Assembly (NCBI GenBank): GCA_964016885.1
Contig: OZ024740.1
Location: 90,830,001-90,894,000 of the forward strand
DNA from: Eledone cirrhosa
Taxonomy: Eukaryota
Direction of reading: 5' to 3'
DNA length: 64,000 nucleotides
Shown in pieces: positions 51,596 to 64,000 of the stretch (positions are counted from its first letter, which is position 1; every line of letters starts with the position of its first letter). The notes under the pieces were generated by a model, which made no database searches, was not told the origin of the DNA, and saw nothing but the letters and a program-made list of their open reading frames with translations. A program made the translations under genes and the position numbers.

Positions 51596-53696
51596 TATAT
51601 ATATATACATATTCTTTCAAAAATTGCAAAGAATATATTTACTAGGTATACATCCAAAACCTATCTCAGTCTATGATTACATGACACTCTGCAATCCATC
51701 TGTATTAGGATTTTAATTTTAAGCCAATTAAATTAAATGTTTAGGTTAACCAAATTAAAACCAAATTATAAATATATTTCTAAATTGTACATTAATTAGG
51801 TGTATAATATTAAAAAATATTTCTCTGTCATTGAATACACGATATTTTGTTATATTTTATATGTAAAGAAATTTTAATAAAAGTTTAAATAAATTAAAAT
51901 TAATCTATAAATTAATTTACAAAGTATATATTAGTAATATTTAAAAGTTTTTCACAATTTATGATTACACAATATTTTATAATCTCATCTGTAGTAGAAT
52001 TTTTATTAAATTAAATTTATAGGTTAACTAACATTTAAATTAAATTATATATTAATTTCTAAAATAATGTTATTAATTAGGTTTATAATATTTAAATGTT
52101 TTTCTTAGTTTATGATTACACGATATAATTAATTCCTGTCGTTTAATTAATAGGATATCCTTAGATTTCATTATTTTAAATAGTTCTTGGGAACATAATC
52201 TACATTCATTTCTATTATTTTGATAAGGGGTGGCTCTTTTGAGCACACTCCAGGTCATATCATATTCTATATTCTTATTTTTATAATTATTGATTTTTTC
52301 TGCTAGAGATGTTGTATTAGCCAGTGCGGCATTTTTAAAACTATGTTTGTGGGTATTAAACCTTACCTTAAAATTGTTAGAAGTAGCTCCTATATATGAG
52401 CAAATAGAATCTTTAGTTTTAACATTACATTTATAAACTATGTTGTTAACAAGACAATTTCCTTTTAATGGGCAGTTTGCTTTGTTTCTACAGTTACAAC
52501 CTTTCGTTAATTCTGTATTTGAGGAGATATTATGGTTAGTTTGATGTGTTGGTGGTATACTTATGGTATTCTTACATTTATATGCATTATAGGCACTTAT
52601 ATTTTGTTTTATGTTATTGGTTGTTGAGTATGAGAATTTAACTGTAGACCTATTTAAGATTTGATGGTATTTGTGGTTTGGCGGGAAGTTTTTATCTAGG
52701 ATATAAAAACATTTTTTAGCAATATTATCCTTAATTTGTAAATTAAATGGAGCATTATACCAAGTAACTCGTCTATTACGGTTTCTATGTTGTTTATTAT
52801 TTTTATAGGTTGTATCGTGATGTTTACTACGAGGATTAATGTTAATGATCTCACCACGCACATTTTTAGTTAGATTTATAGATTTAGGTGTTTTATCTTG
52901 TTTATTAGGAGTTTTATTATTAACATTTATTAGAGTTGTATGATGAGTAGTTTTTTGAGAGTTACTATACTTTATATTAGAAGAGTTGTTGGTATTTTGG
53001 GGTATAGTGTGGGTGGCATTTAGGTGTGTACTTTTCATTTGGTGTTTGTTGGTAATATTAGGTTGTGTGTTTATAGCATTTTTAGTAGAAGGTATATATT
53101 CTAATCTATTTTTGTGGCCACTTCTATCTAGAGCTTCGTTATAGAAGGTCGCATTTTTATCAAATACATCTTGGTTAGAAGAAAGGTTAGAAATTCTAAG
53201 TGATATATTATATGCAAGGTTTTTAAGGATAGATTTAGGGTGATTAGATTGTGAGTGTATGTAGTGTAAGTTTTGGTTGGGTTTATGGTAAGGTTGGTAG
53301 ATACCCGTAGCTAAGTCTAAAGTTATAACGATCGTTAAATAATGAACTTTTTTTGTTTAATATAAGGAACTGTTTCATTGTTTTATTCATTATTTTTTTA
53401 ATATTTTATCTTGACTCTGTATTCCGTTTATCTTTCACCGAAAGTGATTTTTCATTGCATCTCTTCTTTCCATGATATCCGGATTACATTGAGTTCTTCA
53501 TACGGATTGGACACTACCGTAAACTCTTGGTAGATTTATCTACATAATTTTGCTCCTATTTTCACGGAAATATTCGTATTTTTGTACTGTATGTGTGTAT
53601 TAATTTTATATTTATGTATATACATATATATGTATGATTTTGTAAACCCATATACATTTAGTTGAGCTCTTTCAATTGTCCATCATCCATATCACA

Positions 53697-56132
53697 ATGG
53701 AAAAACAATACTTGGGAACCTCTTTAAAGAATATACCAATACCTTCTAAGGATGACTTCTTACGCCTAATGATTCAAAAAACTAACCAATTTATCAAAAG
53801 AGTTAGATGGAGGGCCTACCACTTCGATAAAAAATCTAAATATGCAGATAGGAAATATATGTATGATTTCAATACTTACAAGAATCCACCACACAACTCT
53901 TTACTTGAAGACTTTGAGAAAGACCTTTTTAATTTAATTAAACACCTCAAATTTAAGAAGTATAAATCTGTCTTTCAAAAGGACCTTGATTCTACCCTAT
54001 TGGACCTAAAAAAGTCTAAAAAAATCCATGTCCACTCGGACAAAACTGGTAACATGTATCACATGGATATTGAAGATTATAATGAGTTCATATATAAAGA
54101 ACTCAGGAAAAATTATAAACAATCTAATAATGCGTCACTCACCAACATCAACAACAAAACACACAACATAGTAAAAAAACTAAACATTGAAGATAGAACT
54201 GAACCTTTGGCATTGAAAAGACCACACTTCAACCTGAAGGATCATAAATCAAACTTTAACTCAAATCCTTCTATAAGACTTATATGTCCCTCCAAATCTG
54301 ATATTGGAATAATTAGCAAAAAAATTTTGGATAGAGTCATCCCACAAATAAGAAAACACGTTAATTTACCACTCTGGGGAAACACTTCCCAGGTAATTAA
54401 CTGGTTTAAAAATATTAGATGTAAATCTTCTGCTTCATTTCTACAATTTGATATAGATAATTACTATTCTTCTATATCACCTATACTCCTGAACAAAGCA
54501 TTGATATTTGCTAAAAATAGATCTAACTTAACTTTGGATGACATTAATATTATTACACATGCTAGACTAACACTTATTGAATTTCAGAATGAATACTGGA
54601 CCAGAAACACATATAGTAATCTATTTGATATTACTATGGGTTCAAGCGATTACACCCAAATTACTGATCTTGTGGGACTCTTTCTCCTTTTCAACATAAA
54701 TGCCTCCTTTCCCCACCTTAAAGGTGGTTTATATCGTGATGAATGTCTTCTTCTTTCCAACAACCTTAGCCTTTCAGAAATAGAAAAAAACAAAAAGCAT
54801 ATTAGAACTTTCCTTAAAGACTATTATAGTCTTCATATTACTTTTGAAAAAACAAGTAAAGTAGTAAATTTCCTAGATATAACTTTAGACTTAGCTACGG
54901 GTATCTACCAACCTTACCATAAACCCAACCAAAACTTACACTACATACACTCACAATCTAATCACCCTAAATCTATCCTTAAAAACCTTGCATATAATAT
55001 ATCACTTAGAATTTCTAACCTTTCTTCTAACCAAGATGTATTTGATAAAAATGCGACCTTCTATAACGAAGCTCTAGATAGAAGTGGCCACAAAAATAGA
55101 TTAGAATATATACCTTCTACTAAAAATACTATAAACACACAACCTAATATTACCAACAAACACCAAATGAAAAGTACACACCTAAATGCCACCCACACTA
55201 TACCCCAAAATACCAACAACTCTTCTAATATAAAGTATAGTAACTCTCAAAAAACTACTCATCATACAACTCTAATAAATGTTAATAATAAAACTCCTAA
55301 TAAACAAGGTAAAACACCTAAATCTATAAATCTAACTAAAAATGTGCGTGGTGAGATCATTAACATTAATCCTCGTAGTAAACATCACGATACAACCTAT
55401 AAAAATAATAAACAACATAGAAACCGTAATAGACGAGTTACTTGGTATAATGCTCCATTTAATTTAAAAATTAAGGATAATATTGCTAAAAAATGTTTTT
55501 ATATCCTAGATAAAAACTTCCCGCCAAACCACAAATACCATCAAATCTTAAATAGGTCTACAGTTAAATTCTCATACTCAACAACCAATAACATAAAACA
55601 AAATATAAGTGCCTATAATGCATATAAATGTAAGAATACCATAAGTATACCACCAACACATCAAACTAACCATAATATCTCCTCAAATACAGAATTAACG
55701 AAAGGTTGTAACTGTAGAAACAAAGCAAACTGCCCATTAAAAGGAAATTGTCTTGTTAACAACATAGTTTATAAATGTAATGTTAAAACTAAAGATTCTA
55801 TTTGCTCATATATAGGAGCTACTTCTAACAATTTTAAGGTAAGGTTTAATACCCACAAACATAGTTTTAAAAATGCCGCACTGGCTAATACAACATCTCT
55901 AGCAGAAAAAACCAATAATTATAAAAATAAGAATATAGAATATGATATGACCTGGAGTGTGCTCAAAAGAGCCACCCCTTATCAAAATAATAGAAATGAA
56001 TGTAGATTATGTTCCCAAGAACTATTTGAAATAATGAAATCTAAGGATATCCTATTAAATAAACGACAGGAATTAATTATATCGTGTAATCATAAACTAA
56101 GAAAAACATTTAAATATTATAAACCTAATTAA
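53697..56132 (+). CDS. PLE RT + GIY-YIG protein (Hydra type); catalytic motif reads YRDE
   Basis: SDKT, LKDHK, FDI..YY, MGS, YRDE, FLDITL, SNHP; CNC....CPL.G.C, IVY..YIG, R...H, CRLC, NKR.E. First ATG at 53697. Confidence 0.88.
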   Translation: MEKQYLGTSLKNIPIPSKDDFLRLMIQKTNQFIKRVRWRAYHFDKKSKYADRKYMYDFNTYKNPPHNSLLEDFEKDLFNLIKHLKFKKYKSVFQKDLDSTLLDLKKSKKIHVHSDKTGNMYHMDIEDYNEFIYKELRKNYKQSNNASLTNINNKTHNIVKKLNIEDRTEPLALKRPHFNLKDHKSNFNSNPSIRLICPSKSDIGIISKKILDRVIPQIRKHVNLPLWGNTSQVINWFKNIRCKSSASFLQFDIDNYYSSISPILLNKALIFAKNRSNLTLDDINIITHARLTLIEFQNEYWTRNTYSNLFDITMGSSDYTQITDLVGLFLLFNINASFPHLKGGLYRDECLLLSNNLSLSEIEKNKKHIRTFLKDYYSLHITFEKTSKVVNFLDITLDLATGIYQPYHKPNQNLHYIHSQSNHPKSILKNLAYNISLRISNLSSNQDVFDKNATFYNEALDRSGHKNRLEYIPSTKNTINTQPNITNKHQMKSTHLNATHTIPQNTNNSSNIKYSNSQKTTHHTTLINVNNKTPNKQGKTPKSINLTKNVRGEIININPRSKHHDTTYKNNKQHRNRNRRVTWYNAPFNLKIKDNIAKKCFYILDKNFPPNHKYHQILNRSTVKFSYSTTNNIKQNISAYNAYKCKNTISIPPTHQTNHNISSNTELTKGCNCRNKANCPLKGNCLVNNIVYKCNVKTKDSICSYIGATSNNFKVRFNTHKHSFKNAALANTTSLAEKTNNYKNKNIEYDMTWSVLKRATPYQNNRNECRLCSQELFEIMKSKDILLNKRQELIISCNHKLRKTFKYYKPN

Positions 56133-56608
56133 TAACATTATTTTAGAAATTAATATATAATTTAATTTAAATATTAGTTAACCTATAAATTTAATTTAAT
56201 TAAAATTCTACTACAGATGAGATTATAAAATATTGTGTAATCATAAATTGTGAAAAACTTTTAAATATTACTAATATATACTTTGTAAATTAATTTATAG
56301 ATTAATTTTAATTTATTTAACCTTTTATTAAAATTCCTTTACAGATAAAATATAACAAAATATCGTGTATTCAACGACAGAGAAATATTTTTTAATATTA
56401 TAGACCTAATTAATGTACAATTTAGAAATATATTTATAATTTGGTTTTAATTTGGTTAACCTAAACATTTAATTTAATTGGCTTAAAATTAAAATCCTAA
56501 TACAGATGGATTGCAGAGTGTCATGTAATCATAGACTGAGATAGGTTTTGGATGTATACCTAGTTAATATATTCTTTGCAATTTTTGAAAGAATATGTAT
56601 ATATATAC

Positions 56609-56700
<92 letters not shown>

Positions 56701-57254
56701 ATATATTAACTTTAATTTTTGCTTACCTATAATTATATTCTACTATAGATAAAATACAATATCTGTTTTAATTATTATAAACCTAATTAACATATACTAT
56801 AGAAATTAATATATAATTTTTAATTTAGTTAACCTATAATTTATATTCTACTACCGATGTAATACTTTATTTGGTTTTTTTCCCTATTACTAAATTCATT
56901 TCCTAATATTGATACCATAACGTTAATAATTTTAACTTAGTTATGCTATAATTAATACTCTACTACTATTTAACTTCAAAATTCCGCTTCAAATATTATA
57001 AACCTAAGTAGTATACACCTTAGAAATCAATATATTAACTATCTTTAATTTAGTTAACCTATAATTAATAGTCTACATATATTAAAATGCATAATTTTGC
57101 CTTCTTTCTTACATTTCCTAATACTGAAACTACTATGTAAACACATATTATGATCTAAATGCAGATTAATATTCTATGTTTCTTGAAACCTATATTTACT
57201 ATAATCCCTTCCCCCCCACACTCCCCATCCTATTATTATTTGAATTTGTAAGCG

Positions 57255-57352
57255 TGGATGTATGTATATATATGTAGGTAGGTATGTATGTTTGGGTGTT
57301 TGTATGTGAGTATAAAAATACATATGTGCGCATGTAAATAAGGGTGTATGAT

Positions 57353-57391
<39 letters not shown>

Positions 57392-57534
57392 GTATATATA
57401 TATATATATATATATATGTATCTATGTATTTATGTGGGTATATGTGTGTATGTATATGTATGCGCATATATACGTCTATGTGTATATGTGTGTATGTGTA
57501 TATATGTACGTATATGCGCATGTATATGTGAGTG

Positions 57535-57576
<42 letters not shown>

Positions 57577-57621
57577 TAAATATTTGTAGTTGATGTGTGT
57601 ATGTGTATATATATGTGTATG

Positions 57622-57658
<37 letters not shown>

Positions 57659-57751
57659 GTATATGTATGTGTGTGCATAATTGTCTGACTGTGTGTATTA
57701 ATTTATTCATTTATTTATTTCTTTTATTTCTTTATTTTTATATATATGTAT

Positions 57752-57787
<36 letters not shown>

Positions 57788-58091
57788 GTGTGTGTATATA
57801 TATGTATGTATGTATGTGTGTGTGTGTATGTGTGTATCTGTTTATATGTGTATATATATCTCTATTTATATATGTATATATGTGTACGTATATCCCTTTA
57901 TTTATGTATGTCTGAGTTGTGTGAGCGTGTGGTTGTGTTTGTATGTGTATACGCATACATGGATGTGTATGTATGTGTATATATGCGTATATGTATGTGT
58001 GTATGTGTATATATGCGTATATGTATGTGTGTATGTGTGTGTGTATATATGTATGTCTATGTATGAGTATGTATATATATGTATGTATATA

Positions 58092-58134
<43 letters not shown>

Positions 58135-58203
58135 TATATATGTGGGTGTATATATATATATATATATATATTTTTGTATATGTGTATGTGTATATGTGTG
58201 TGT

Positions 58204-58258
<55 letters not shown>

Positions 58259-58318
58259 GGTATGTATGTGTATATGTGTATATACATGAGTGTGTTTATA
58301 TATGTGTATAGATATATG

Positions 58319-58350
<32 letters not shown>

Positions 58351-58548
58351 TATGTGTTGTGAATGTATGTATATATGTATGTGTGTATATATATATATGT
58401 GTGTATATATGTATATGTCTATGTATTTATAAGTGTATATGTATGTGTCTCTATATGTATGCGTGTGTGTATGTGTATGTGTATATATATGGTGTGTGTA
58501 TGTCTATGTACGTGTATGTATGTGTTTATGTATATGTGTATGTATATG

Positions 58549-58629
<81 letters not shown>

Positions 58630-58679
58630 ATATATATATATATATATATGTATATCGATGTATATTTTATATTTTACTT

Positions 58680-58724
<45 letters not shown>

Positions 58725-59215
58725 CTTAATATTTTTCTTTTTTATTTCTCTTTTTATTTCTAAATTTATAGATACATTTATGAATAGGAAGTTTGCTGAC
58801 ACCAGTAAATACTGACCTCTTCCCCCCCACCTTTCTTTCTGTATCTGGATCTAAATATGTGTGGCAGTGTTTATGTGCGCGCATTAATTTCCATATGCTT
58901 ATGATAATAGTATATAGACATATATGTGTGTGGGGGTGTGTGTGTGTATGTATGTTCGTGGTTGTGTGTATGTTTATGCGTATACGCGCGTGTGTGTGTG
59001 AATGTATGTATATGTGTGAGTATATGAATGTGTATATATTTATTTTTATATTTATATGTTTATATGCGTATATGTATTTTATCTGTAGATTATAAACATA
59101 CAGAGACATTAGCCCTGAATTTTTGTATTTACATACATCTTTTCGGCATGCGTATGCATGTGAACATATATTTGTATGCATATCTGTGAACGAAGTTACT
59201 TACATATATACACAC
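57255..59215. repeat. Compound (TA)/(TG)/(TATG) microsatellite block inside the PLE 3' region
   Basis: Mirrored in the inverted arm at ~48090-48630 and ~49676-50940. Confidence 0.9.
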
Positions 59216-59315
59216 ACCTAACTGTATAAACTTTTTGTGTTTTCATTGGTCAATTTGAACTCTGTTCCCAAACAGACCTGTAATTTTGAATTGTTGTTAT
59301 TATCAATAAATATAT

Positions 59316-59469
59316 TTCATTATTTCTGAAGACGGCATATATATGTGTTGGTATGTATATTTAATTTTGATAGTTTGTATAATTTTGTATAATTTTGTAC
59401 ATAGATCTGTTGAATATGCATGCCAATTCTAACACATATATATCCTAGAAACGATCGTTAAATAATGAA
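59316..59469 (+). ncRNA. Type I hammerhead with long stem II (GUU site)
   Basis: TTCATTATTT-CTGAAGA-[ATATATATGTGTTGG...CTAACACATATATAT]-GAAAC-GATC-GTT-AAATAATGAA. Stem I is a perfect 10 bp. Confidence 0.85.
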
Positions 59470-59663
59470 CTTTTTTTGTTTAATATAAGGAACTGTTTCA
59501 TTGTTTTATTCATTATTTTTTTAATATTTTATCTTGACTCTGTATTCCGTTTATCTTTCACCGAAAGTGATTTTTCATTGCATCTCTTCTTTCCATGATA
59601 TCCGGATTACATTGAGTTCTTCATACGGATTGGACACTACCGTAAACTCTTGGTAGATTTATC

Positions 59664-59718
<55 letters not shown>

Positions 59719-59829
59719 TACTCTACGTCTGTATACATATATGTATGTACGTATGCATGCTTATATTTAAGTGACATCCGTACTAAGAGTGAGAAATGAA
59801 ATTTCATTTTTTCCATATATATATATATA

Positions 59830-60061
<232 letters not shown>

Positions 60062-61694
60062 TGTAACCGCCAACACACGCACGTACTCACATACACACAC
60101 ACACACATATTGACATTACATAAGTATATATAATACTCTTCAGTATGTGATCGTGAAAAACGTTGCATATCTTTTTGACAGTATTCGATGTCTTAGAAAA
60201 ATGAGAATTTAATCTAACATGAAGTAGAGATAAATCAACAACCTAGAATTATTACTCTCTATAACTATATTTGAAATTTGATATTGAATGCACAGCATGT
60301 TTGTTCATTATATATATATAACAAATAAAATTAATACTTGCGTGTTTGTCTAACCCCAACTACATTTAGTATAACGTTTATTACATGTGAAAACATGTTC
60401 AAATTTAATTATTCGAAATGCTTTATTGTTACTAGCAGAAAAAAACACCTTCGAGTGGTCTGTATGCTAGCATGTTTAGTGTGCATCTTGATAGTATACG
60501 CAAGTATATATGCATGTATATATGACACATCAGATGAAATTGTAATTGACAATATACACAGAAATTGAACGACGACTACGTTACACTCTCTTACCTAATC
60601 AGTAATATAATCCATGATATATTAAAAAAAGACGATATTATATAGAAACTGCATTAGGAGTAAATTAGCGATGGAAATATATGGACGTTTATTTAAGCGA
60701 TCGCTAACCAGAAGTATTGATATTTGAAAATTTTAAAGAAGTGAATCTTAATATAAGTAACAAAATTATTTATATTTAATCAACAATAATGCAATTTAGT
60801 AGATAAATTATGGAATATTCGTTCATTATTTATTCAAAATAATCCAACTTATTTTACAAACGTCATAAACATATATATTCCGGACGCAGTCTTTCACTCC
60901 TTACTTTATCATAGATTTGCAAACGTGCTAGTGGTCAATGGTATAGTTATGCTTCATTTCTCTTGATAATTTTCTCTAACTTTTCCGGAATATTTTACAA
61001 ATTCTTTGTTATCACAAAGGAGATTATTCAATGTCTTTCTAGCACACACTAATGGGAATTCACTTTCTCCATGTTTAATGAATTTCATACGCGTATAATA
61101 CCGACAACGTATTGTTGAAGCAATTTATGTAATGCAATCTCCAGTCATGTCATGAAATTTACAACACCAAAATCAATTATGCATTACGTGAAAACAAACC
61201 AGCATAAATACTCACTTTATACTGCATAATGAAAACATCTACAGTTAATTAAGATAAATATCATGAACCCGTACCAGAATTTTCATCGAACTAACATTTA
61301 ATAGTACATGCAAATATAATCATTTGCCTGTATTTCAATAAATTTTATAATTCAAAATATAAAATTTTGCCGAAACATTGATATCCTGTTGGAGGTAAAA
61401 TTGCAAATCATTCAAGTATCCCAAGCCAGGAATTATGATTACATTTTTTATTTTTTCAATTTTTTTTTTATAGGTTTGTTGTGTCAATTACTTTATTGTT
61501 GATGGCAGTATTGGAGTTATAAACAGCCTTGAAATGTCCAGGCTATGAAGAAAAAGTACGATTCTAAAGATTTTACTTTATGTGTGCCGCTCCCTGGAAG
61601 TTATTATTTTTAGACGACCATCAAGCTATGGCCAGTTAACCCATTTTGTGCATTCATTGTTATTATTTGTTTACAAATTATTTGTTTAAAAAGG

Positions 61695-61870
61695 CTTGGC
61701 AGTGTCGGTTGAGGGTCGGACGCCATGCTTTAACGCATAGAGTTACGGCCTTTGCCATTCCGAGTTCACATCCCACCGAGGTTAACTTTGCCTTTCTTCC
61801 TTACGGAGTCGATAAAATAATGTACCAGTAATGCACTGAATTATTTCTGGCCTTATGCCTATAGTAGAAA
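61695..61870 (+). mobile_element. Degenerate CORE-type SINE
   Basis: B-box-like GAGTTCACATCCC followed by CCGAGGTTAACTTTGCCTTTC..GTCGATAAAATAATGTACCAG, resembling octopus SINEs (recalled). Confidence 0.6.
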
Positions 61871-64000
61871 CACTTATTTGTTTACAATTGCCCCTGGTCA
61901 AGTGTAAAACATACAAACTTGTGTTAAAATATTGAATATCAGCCTTGGTATCATCACACCAGTACTAATGCTTCCGCTTAGGGACGCTCAGTACTGATAA
62001 GAAGGATTTATAGGTGGAAGTTTTGAAGGTTTACTGAGATTATGCAATGACATCAGTTATCTGAACTGAATCAAGAGTGGCTTAAAATAGATATGATATC
62101 TCTTTCTTAATATCGTTGCTTTTTAATGGCAAAAATGTTGGCACATATGTGTTCCACACGTTGTATATACGCTTATTTCGAGAAATAAGAAATGGAGACC
62201 TAATTCGCAAATTATCATATTCCGGAATATAACAGATATTGTGGAATTAATTGCGGCGTATCTGTAAATCTCCTTCACGTCCTAATGCTTTATGTTTATG
62301 CCAATGATGTAATCTCGGATGTATCCAAGTTGTTTTAATGTTTTTAGTTTATGGTATTATCAGTTAGGTATTACATGGTCAACTATTTTGCAAAGGGAAA
62401 TAGGACGTAGGCTACTTGAGTTTGGTCATCATATTCTTGGCGGTTTATAGTCGGCGGCCATTCTTGAATGAATTCTAACATTAAAGCTAAATTGTTTTTA
62501 GTTTAAGTATGTGAGATGATTTTAATGAGCAGCTCATAATGTCATACTCTCTTGCCCTGGAATTGATATTCTTAGAGCGGAAGAACAAATTAGAATGGAC
62601 AATAATGTATTTCCAAATACAAGAGAGCAACAGGCATTGCTCAGTAACAGCAGAAAAGGAAAATATAACGATTCGCAAGATTTTAGTTAATGGCAAATGG
62701 AACGGCTTATAGTCTTGGAGCTTTTTCACTTTTACCGATAAGGATAAAATTGTGAACTCGATCAACTTCATTCAGCTGAGTGCTGGAGGAATATTTATGT
62801 TTCGATTAATTTCAAACCTCACATATAGAATATATTTTCATTTTCATATATGATACTTTCCTACATAACGACATACTTGTGTAATAGATACGACGCTCTA
62901 ATTCAGCAGAGATCGGGAAAATATCACATGGTATTTATGTACGGCATTTCATTTTCTAATTATGAAACCAAAATATCAGTACAGGGATATGCTATATCTA
63001 AGAGATTTTGTAAGATCGCACACTCAAGCGTCAACGTCATGTAAGATATCTATAATAATAAGATATAGCATCTTATGTTATAATATTACTAAGTATTTGT
63101 ATGATGTACACATCAATAATAAGTTTTAATTTAACCCGATGTGAATTACCACCCGCATTAGAATATTTACTAAATATATAATAATGATTTACTATGAACT
63201 AAGATTCATTTTATGCTGCTATTTCTGATGTTCTTTCGTCGTATCATTTAAAACAAGAACATACGCACTTCTGTCGTATTGTATTCTGATATTACTGCAA
63301 TTTGGGGAATAGTATAGCCAGAAAAAATAGGTACCTAAGTGTAATGAAATCATAGCAAAATGGAAATCCAGTATATCTTTGGCGAAAAATGCCCACTTAT
63401 ATATATATTTAAAGGTTTATCATAAAGACTAGCAATGATATAATACTAAATACCAAAATATCTCCGTGATATATGCTAACGCAATGTATTCTCCAACTCC
63501 TTCGATTTTATCCATTTACACCCTCACATAGATTGTTTAATTAACTTATGCAATAACTATTCTCATACACGTTAGATATGAGAATCATATGCAAACAATG
63601 TAGGCGAAGGTTAGTTTTTGAATAGTAAGAGTATCCATAATCAATTTCGATGAACTTGCATCCCCAGCATGCTATTTTGCTTTCGAACTCCACAGGGTGT
63701 GTTAAATATTTCGGCGAACTCTACAAAATCTTGTTCATATTGTAATATTGCACGTTTATTTGACTAACATGAAGTTATATGATTTTCCATTATATGACTG
63801 ATATATATGCATTGGGGTACAATACAATAATCTAAAAAATCAGGTACATGCTGTGGCGATGTGAAATAATATCATGGCATCAAAGGGCAATTCAGTTTTC
63901 TGTGCATAATGTATTAAAATAACCAAGCGAAATAGTTTAATGAAAGCTTGACTTTCTCTATACTTTCCGGTATTGTTCTCTTAAATAACTTCCTCACTGA

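Larger units (their letters stand above)
47777..53327 (-). mobile_element. Inverted 3' copy of the Hydra-type PLE
   Basis: Reverse complement of 54878-59532, including the GIY-YIG ORF part 52073-53038. Interrupted by an insertion at 48632-49675. Confidence 0.93.
53327..59668 (+). mobile_element. Hydra-type Penelope-like element with direct pseudo-LTRs
   Basis: 53327-53545 is repeated at ~59450-59668. ORF, ~3.3-kb 3' region, ends in (TA)n. Confidence 0.9.

Noticed and set aside
62487-62771. 94-aa ORF faintly like PLE RT (YKPFH, YIIVHSN) or a host exon
   Set aside because: Too little motif or splice evidence without a search.

Overview
Eukaryotic, transposon-dominated window with no supportable host gene. 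The (TA)n/(TATG)n density and the SINE fragments resemble octopus/cephalopod DNA (inference). Bases 1-27.3 kb are a nearly gap-free nest of non-LTR retrotransposons separated only by (TAA)n tracts. It holds two divergent R4/Dong-like RT-RLE families on + (A: three copies, one intact 1130-aa ORF; B: three defective copies) and two Tx1/L1-like APE-RT elements on -, both bounded by the same microsatellite. Families A and B carry a homologous 5' leader. Bases 27.3-64 kb are AT-rich, with microsatellites, SINE/RTE relics, palindromic MITE-like units and three Penelope-like elements (PLEs); one is a ~12-kb head-to-head inverted Hydra-type structure. At least seven type I hammerhead ribozyme motifs can be read directly. 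Most have a GUU site and palindromic stem III, and two sit in ~465-bp tandem, retrozyme-like repeats. All alignments and folds were done by eye.
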